This document shows, piece by piece, positions 27,318 through 32,612 of a DNA stretch of 32,612 nt (the stretch's first letter is position 1; every line of letters starts with the position of its first letter). The notes under the pieces were generated by a model. It saw nothing but the letters and a program-made list of their open reading frames with translations, had not been told where the DNA came from and searched no databases. A program made the position numbers and the translations under genes. Source of the stretch: Chloroflexota bacterium. Its GTDB lineage: Bacteria; Chloroflexota; Anaerolineae; Anaerolineales; DRMV01. The DNA lies in the NCBI GenBank assembly GCA_013153135.1, contig JAADFA010000059.1, positions 1 through 32,612 on the forward strand, written 5' to 3'.

Positions 27318-27926
27318 ATGGCGATCCAAGACTATCGCGAGTACCTGCAGGAGATCCTCATCCCTGAAGACCGCTTGCAAAAACGTATCGCGGAGCTCGC
27401 GGAAGAAATCAGCCGCGATTATGAAGGTAAGGATTTGGTCTTGGTTTGCATCCTGCGCGGCGGGGTTATGTTCTTGACGGATTTGATGCGCCACCTTACT
27501 GTGCCGCACGAGATCGAATTTATGGCGGTTGAGTCCTACGGCAAAGGCGCGCGCGAACCGGGCGAATTGCACATTACCATGGATTTGCGCACGGCCATCA
27601 CCGGCCGCGATGTCTTGTTGGTAGAAGATATCATCGACAGCGGCCATACGGTCGCTCAGGTGCTCCAGCTGCTCAAGATGCGCCAACCGCGCTCGCTCAA
27701 GGTGTGCGCGTTGTTGGATAAACGCGCGCGGCGTCAGGTGGATGTGCCCATTGATTATGTTGGCTTTGAGATCCCTAATTATTTTGTGTTTGGGTACGGC
27801 TTGGACATGGATGGATATTGGCGCAATTTGCCCTTTATTGCCATCCCAGATTTGAAGCGTTACCGAGGGCATGTGCCTGACGACGCGACCGATGAACCTG
27901 AACCATCGGGGGAGGAGGATGCGTAA
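27318..27926 (+). CDS. hpt: Hypoxanthine phosphoribosyltransferase
   Basis: PRPP motif VLLVEDIIDSGHT, LLDK, FVFGYGLD...RNLP; AAGGAGG RBS. Confidence 0.95.
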   Translation: MAIQDYREYLQEILIPEDRLQKRIAELAEEISRDYEGKDLVLVCILRGGVMFLTDLMRHLTVPHEIEFMAVESYGKGAREPGELHITMDLRTAITGRDVLLVEDIIDSGHTVAQVLQLLKMRQPRSLKVCALLDKRARRQVDVPIDYVGFEIPNYFVFGYGLDMDGYWRNLPFIAIPDLKRYRGHVPDDATDEPEPSGEEDA

Positions 27927-29457
27927 TCCTCACTTGCGCCCGTTGCCCGAGTTGGCTCTGCAGGTGCGTAGCCTCGGAGGGGCCGACGCGGCGTTGTACC
28001 TGGTCGGTGGCGCGGTGCGGGATTGGCTCTTGGAGCGACCCATCGGTGATCTTGATTTTGTCTTGCCGCAGGGCGCCATTGCTTTTGCCCGCCGCGTGGC
28101 CGATGCCCTCAACGCCGCGTTTTTTGTGCTCGACGCCGAGCGCGATGTGGCGCGCGTGATCGTGCATAAGGGTCCCGAGCGCACGCCCTTGTTCCTGGAT
28201 TTCGCCGCGTTCCGCGGCGCGAACTTGGAGGAAGATTTGCGCGCGCGCGATTTCACCATCAACGCCATGGCCATCGACCCCTTCCAGCCCGAACGTTTGC
28301 ATGACCCAACCCACGGTTTGCAAGACCTTAAGGACAAAATCGTGCGCGTGTGCTACCCTGATGCATTTCGCGATGACCCTATCCGCGTCTTGCGGGCCGT
28401 TCGCTTGGCGGTGCAGCTGGAATTCAAAATGGATCCTGAAACTCAACGTCGACTGCGCGACGACGCGACGCTGCTTGCCCGCAGTACGCCTGAGCGCCAA
28501 CGGGATGAACTTATCCGTATGTTGGCCCATCCCAAAGCCGATAGCGCGTTGCGCGTGGCCGCGGCCTTGGATGCCTTGCCAGTTATATGGCCCGAAATCA
28601 GACTGCTGAAAGATGTGGCCCTCTTCCCCGATCGACCCATGCCAGGATGGGATTACGCGTTGGCCACGGTGCACTATGTGCATCGCCTGATGCAAACTCT
28701 CAGCCGTGAGCACAATCCGGAAGCTAGCGCGAATTTCGCGTTGGGTATGGTCTCGTGGTTGTTGGGGCGTTACCGACGTCAATTGGCTGAGCACTGGACG
28801 ACGCGGTTGCATCCGTATCGTGATGTGCGACCGCTGGTCGTATGGGCCGCGGTATACCACGCGTGGGGCATGACTCAGGTGCGTCCGGTCGCGACGGCGC
28901 ACGGGTGGCAGTATCCAGGTTATGCTGAACACAGTGCGCGCGCGGCCGAGGCACGCGGCCAAGCGCTGCGTTTGAGTCGGGCCGAGGTGCGCCGTTTGGT
29001 CCGCGTGGTTCGTTATCATATTGAACCCCTGCACTTCGCGGAGGATGAGACCGCGCTGGACGATCGAGCCATCCATCGCTTTTTCCGCGCAGCAGGTGAG
29101 GCAGGCATTGATGCAGTATTCATTGCGTTGGCGAGCGTCTTAGCCCGTTACGGGCTCACACCGCCCCATGACCTGTGGGAACGTCACGTGCGGGTGGCTC
29201 GGCGTTTGCTCGAAGCCTGGTGGGAGCGCTACGATCAAGTGATCGAGCCACCAACTTTGTTGCGTGGGGATGAGGTGCAGCAGATTTTGGGCATCCCCGC
29301 GGGGCCAATGGTGGGCTTGGCCTTGCGCGCGCTGCAAGAGGCCCAAGCCGCGGGTGAGATCCACAGCCCTGAGGACGCGACGCAATGGTTGAAGGCTTGG
29401 TATCAAGGCTACCGCTCACGTGATGAGCGAGGTCACACCGCACCTTTGGCCCGTTAG
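27919..29457 (+). CDS. Class II tRNA nucleotidyltransferase, probable CC-adding enzyme
   Basis: YLVGGAVRD...DLDF; short LDFAAFRGANLEEDLRARDFTINAMA (flexible loop absent); DDPIRVLRAVR; degenerate HD-like region. ATG 27919 after GGAGGAGG overlaps the end of hpt. Confidence 0.85.
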   Translation: MRNPHLRPLPELALQVRSLGGADAALYLVGGAVRDWLLERPIGDLDFVLPQGAIAFARRVADALNAAFFVLDAERDVARVIVHKGPERTPLFLDFAAFRGANLEEDLRARDFTINAMAIDPFQPERLHDPTHGLQDLKDKIVRVCYPDAFRDDPIRVLRAVRLAVQLEFKMDPETQRRLRDDATLLARSTPERQRDELIRMLAHPKADSALRVAAALDALPVIWPEIRLLKDVALFPDRPMPGWDYALATVHYVHRLMQTLSREHNPEASANFALGMVSWLLGRYRRQLAEHWTTRLHPYRDVRPLVVWAAVYHAWGMTQVRPVATAHGWQYPGYAEHSARAAEARGQALRLSRAEVRRLVRVVRYHIEPLHFAEDETALDDRAIHRFFRAAGEAGIDAVFIALASVLARYGLTPPHDLWERHVRVARRLLEAWWERYDQVIEPPTLLRGDEVQQILGIPAGPMVGLALRALQEAQAAGEIHSPEDATQWLKAWYQGYRSRDERGHTAPLAR

Positions 29458-29468
29458 GAGGGGAGCGG

Positions 29469-30248
29469 ATGCACGTACAGCATTTTCACCCGCGCGGCCG
29501 TCGCGGGACGGTACTTTTTCTGCACGGCCTTGGTTCGGCTGGGGAAGCGTGGGCAGGTCAAGCACCGGTGCTGCGCGCGTTGGATTTGCAAGGTCTGGCC
29601 CCCGATTTGCCAGGGTTCGGACGTTCACCTTGGCCCGGAGGCCCCATTACGTTGTCCCGCTTTGCAGCCTTCGCGCGTGAAGTGCTCGACCAGCATGGCG
29701 TCGAACGGGCTCACGTGGTCGGTATTTCCTTCGGCGGGGTGGTGGCCCAGCTTCTCGCCCTGCACGCGCCTGAACGGGTCGCGACGCTGACCCTGGTCAA
29801 CACCTTCGCACGACTGCGGCCTCGAGGATGGCGCGACTGGGGTTACTTCCTGGCCCGGGCCGCGTTGGCCTTCCTTCTTTCGCCTCGCTGGCAGGCCCCC
29901 TTGGTCGCTCGGCGCATCTTCCCCAAACCCGAACATGCGGCTTTTCGGGAGATTCTGGCCCAGCACATTCGTATGGCTGACCCGCGGGTGTACCGTGGGG
30001 TAATGTGGGCTTTGCTCCGGGTGGATTTGACCCCTCGACTGCCCGAAATTCAAGCGCCCACCCTGGTGATTTCTGGCCTGGAGGATACGACCGTCTCGCT
30101 GGAGGATCAGGCTGTCTTGGCGCAACGTATTCCCCATGCGCAGTGGGTCAAGCTGCCAGGCGGCCATGGCCTCATCGCAGACCAAGCCGACGCGTTCAAC
30201 CAGGCCTGGATGGCTTTCCTCCAGAAGCATATACCCGCCTCAGACTGA
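29469..30248 (+). CDS. Alpha/beta hydrolase
   Basis: FLHGLG, DLPGFGRS, nucleophile elbow GISFGG, G.ED, GGHG. Confidence 0.92.
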   Translation: MHVQHFHPRGRRGTVLFLHGLGSAGEAWAGQAPVLRALDLQGLAPDLPGFGRSPWPGGPITLSRFAAFAREVLDQHGVERAHVVGISFGGVVAQLLALHAPERVATLTLVNTFARLRPRGWRDWGYFLARAALAFLLSPRWQAPLVARRIFPKPEHAAFREILAQHIRMADPRVYRGVMWALLRVDLTPRLPEIQAPTLVISGLEDTTVSLEDQAVLAQRIPHAQWVKLPGGHGLIADQADAFNQAWMAFLQKHIPASD

Positions 30249-30291
30249 CCGCTACGCGCCCAGCTTATCCATGCCTTACGTAGAGGAAGGC

Positions 30292-31140
30292 ATGAGCCAC
30301 TACGACGTGCCTCGTGTGCAAGGTTTGTGGGTGTATCCGGTCAAGTCGCTCCAGGGCATGGCCGTTACCCGCTGGCCCCTGACGCGACTTGGTCTGGTCT
30401 TTGATCGGCGATGGATGCTCGTTGACCCCAAAGGCCATTTCTTGAGCCAACGTCGGGTGCCCCGCATGGCCCAGTTGCAGGCCCGCGTGCGCCTGCAGGA
30501 CGCCTTGGCCGGGCGTCCGCGGCTCCTTCTGGTCGATGCTCAGGGCTATACTTTCGCGGTGCCCGAGCCCGACCCCGCGCGGCCGCGCATGCGGGTCCGC
30601 GTGTGGCGTGATGAGGTCGACGCAATTTGGGTTTCGGACGCGGTGGACGCGTGGCTGCAGGCGCGCCTGGGGGTGCCCGCGCGGTTGGTGTACTTCCCCG
30701 ATGACGCCCATCGTCCCCTTTCGCCCAAATACGGCCTGCCCGGCGAGGGAACCACGTTTACTGACGGCTACCCCATCCTTATCGTGACCCAGGGCTCGCT
30801 GGACGACCTCAACCGGCGCTTGCGCACGCCTGTAGGCCCCGAGCGTTTTCGCCCCAATGTGCTCATTGGTCCCACTGCCGCGTACGAAGAGGACACTTGG
30901 CATCGCGTGCGCATCGGCCGCGTGCCGGTGCGAGTGGTCAAGCCGAGCAAACGCTGCGTCATTACAACTTTGGACCCGCGCACAGGCAAGCGATTGGGGA
31001 AGGAACCCTTGGCCACATTGGCGACGTATCGCCGTTGGCAGGGCGGAGTAATCTTTGGCCAAAACGCGGTGCCCGAGGCCGAGGGCGTGTGGGAACTCGG
31101 CCAGCGAGTGGAGGTACTGCGGCCGCGGGTCGCGTGGTGA
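30292..31140 (+). CDS. MOSC domain protein (YcbX/mARC-like, no ferredoxin domain)
   Basis: YPVKS, DRRWML, FTDGYP, RFRPNV, EEDTW, KRC.ITT.DP, FGQN. Start at ATG 30292 (30271 is an alternative). Confidence 0.9.
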   Translation: MSHYDVPRVQGLWVYPVKSLQGMAVTRWPLTRLGLVFDRRWMLVDPKGHFLSQRRVPRMAQLQARVRLQDALAGRPRLLLVDAQGYTFAVPEPDPARPRMRVRVWRDEVDAIWVSDAVDAWLQARLGVPARLVYFPDDAHRPLSPKYGLPGEGTTFTDGYPILIVTQGSLDDLNRRLRTPVGPERFRPNVLIGPTAAYEEDTWHRVRIGRVPVRVVKPSKRCVITTLDPRTGKRLGKEPLATLATYRRWQGGVIFGQNAVPEAEGVWELGQRVEVLRPRVAW

Positions 31141-31155
31141 GGTGGGAGGTGCCAG

Positions 31156-32397
31156 GTGGCGCACGGGCTGGCTGCCGCGAGCGCGAGCTATCAAGGCCGT
31201 TGGGGGAGTATGATTTTCCGCGTGCGCACGTTCCCCGGCGGTATCACCATCAGCTTGGGGCTGCACGCGCGGGTGCAGGTGTATACCTACGAGGCCAGCG
31301 GTCGTCCATGGACGTTTATCGTGGATGGCCGGATCTATCGTCGCGCGCTCAATGGGACCATGTTGGTCAAATGGCGGCCACCGGGCCAGCCGCGACAGCG
31401 AACGCGCTTGAATCAGGACGAAGCGCTGCAGGTCGAGGCCGCCGCGCGCAAGCGCATCCAGGCTTTCACCGAGGCTTGGGACCGGGGCGCGCTGCGTTTT
31501 GATCACGAGCCTCCGCCGCGGCAGGTCCGCACCCAGCTGGACCGCATCCTCGCTTGGGATGCTACGCGCTCCCGGGCTGACGCGCAGCGATATACCCAGG
31601 TCTACAAGCCCATCGGCATTCTGCCCCCGGACCAATACCTGGCCGTGGTGGTGCAGATCACCGAGGGTTGCTCTTTCAACACGTGCACTTTTTGCACCTT
31701 CTACCGGGATCGCCCGTTTCGCATCAAAGGGCCGGATGAGGTGCGCGCCCACATCGCGGCCATCCGAGATTACCTCGGCCCCGGACTGCCTTTGCGGCAC
31801 GGAGTGTTCCTGGGCGACGCCAACGCACTGGTCGCACCCATGCCCCGCTTGCGCGCGCTGCTCGCAGAGGTGCGCCGGGGCTTCCCGGAGCCAGGATTCC
31901 GTGATCTATACGCGTTTTTGGACGGCTTCAGCGGCGAGCGCAAGCGCGCGGAGGACTACGCAGCCTTGGCCGCGTACGGCCTGCGTCGGGTCTATATTGG
32001 CCTGGAAAGCGGTCACGCGCCCTTGTTGCGCTTTTTACGCAAGCCCGGCACGCCCGAGGACGCGCTGGCCGCGGTGCGCGCGATGAAGGCCGGCGGACTC
32101 GCGGTGGGGGTCATCGTGCTCTTGGGCGCGGGTGGCAAGCAGTACGCAACCGGCCACGTGCGGGATACGATCCGCGTGGTGAATGCGATGGGCTTGGGTC
32201 CAGAGGACATCCTTTATTTCTCCGAGCTCGTGGTGGAGCCGGATATGCCCTACGCGCGCGAAGCCCTCCGCGCAGGTATCGAGCCGTTGACGCCCGAAGA
32301 GCAACGCGCACAGCAAGCGGCTATTGTACAAGGGCTCCGCTTCCCCCAGGGGCGCCCGCGCATCAGTCGCTATGATATTCGCGAGTTCGTGTATTAA
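31156..32397 (+). CDS. Radical SAM protein with an N-terminal extension
   Basis: CSFNTCTFC (CX3CX2C), VFLGDANAL, VYIGLESG. GTG start 6 nt after GGAGG. Confidence 0.9.
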   Translation: MAHGLAAASASYQGRWGSMIFRVRTFPGGITISLGLHARVQVYTYEASGRPWTFIVDGRIYRRALNGTMLVKWRPPGQPRQRTRLNQDEALQVEAAARKRIQAFTEAWDRGALRFDHEPPPRQVRTQLDRILAWDATRSRADAQRYTQVYKPIGILPPDQYLAVVVQITEGCSFNTCTFCTFYRDRPFRIKGPDEVRAHIAAIRDYLGPGLPLRHGVFLGDANALVAPMPRLRALLAEVRRGFPEPGFRDLYAFLDGFSGERKRAEDYAALAAYGLRRVYIGLESGHAPLLRFLRKPGTPEDALAAVRAMKAGGLAVGVIVLLGAGGKQYATGHVRDTIRVVNAMGLGPEDILYFSELVVEPDMPYAREALRAGIEPLTPEEQRAQQAAIVQGLRFPQGRPRISRYDIREFVY

Positions 32398-32421
32398 ATC
32401 CAGCAACTCGCCCGTGTCCAT

Positions 32422-32612
32422 GGGTGCAGGCAAAGCTCGTAGAAGCCCATGCCGCGGGCGGCTGGACGCGCGCTTGACCCGCGGGCGGCGAAACCCGCCC
32501 GCTATCCTCGCCGTTCCATGTCCCGCGCGCCTCGCGCGTTGGGCTGAACTACCCGCGTGCAATTTTATGCAAACTAGCCGCAGGCTTCAGCCTGCGGCGG
32601 CGGTGCCAACGG
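32422..32612 (+). mobile_element. MITE-like repeat, copy C (runs off the window end)
   Basis: Shares CGCGCGTTGGGCTGAACTACCCGCGTG.AATTTTATG.AAACTAG.CGCAGGCT..AGCCTGCGGCGGCG and both hairpins with copy B. Confidence 0.75.

Noticed and set aside
26532-31800. Long minus-strand ORFs of 446, 413 and 511 aa (26532-27872, 27835-29076, 30265-31800)
   Set aside because: They lie antisense to well-supported genes, have no recognisable motifs, and such shadow ORFs are expected in GC-rich DNA.
7022-32612. Repeats as a CRISPR array or tRNA genes
   Set aside because: Copies are dispersed and variable in length, with no regular repeat-spacer units, no cas genes and no cloverleaf/T-loop pattern.

Overview
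GC-rich bacterial chromosome segment. Gene style and the sortase-fused surface protein suggest Chloroflexota/Anaerolineae (inference). Housekeeping and metabolic genes: a 5'-truncated uridine-kinase-family gene, trxB, acyP, purH, an RluA-family gene, leuD-leuB, sat, xdhC, tdk, hpt, and nitroreductase, hydrolase, MOSC and radical SAM genes. Two GT-C-like membrane proteins and an ECF sigma operon are also present. Main highlights: (1) an 1834-aa secreted S8 protease/LamG/DUF11 protein carrying its own LPATG motif directly upstream of an intact C-terminal sortase domain, a candidate self-sorting 'autosortase'; (2) four copies of a MITE-like repeat with REP-like hairpins, one flanked by an exact 10-bp direct repeat; (3) a decaying AT-richer islet with an OmpR-family regulator, a histidine kinase broken by two mutually compensating frameshifts, a start-less gene fragment missed by the ORF track, and a lipoprotein; (4) a probable split CC-adding / A-adding tRNA nucleotidyltransferase pair. 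No rRNA, tRNA or CRISPR array was recognised.
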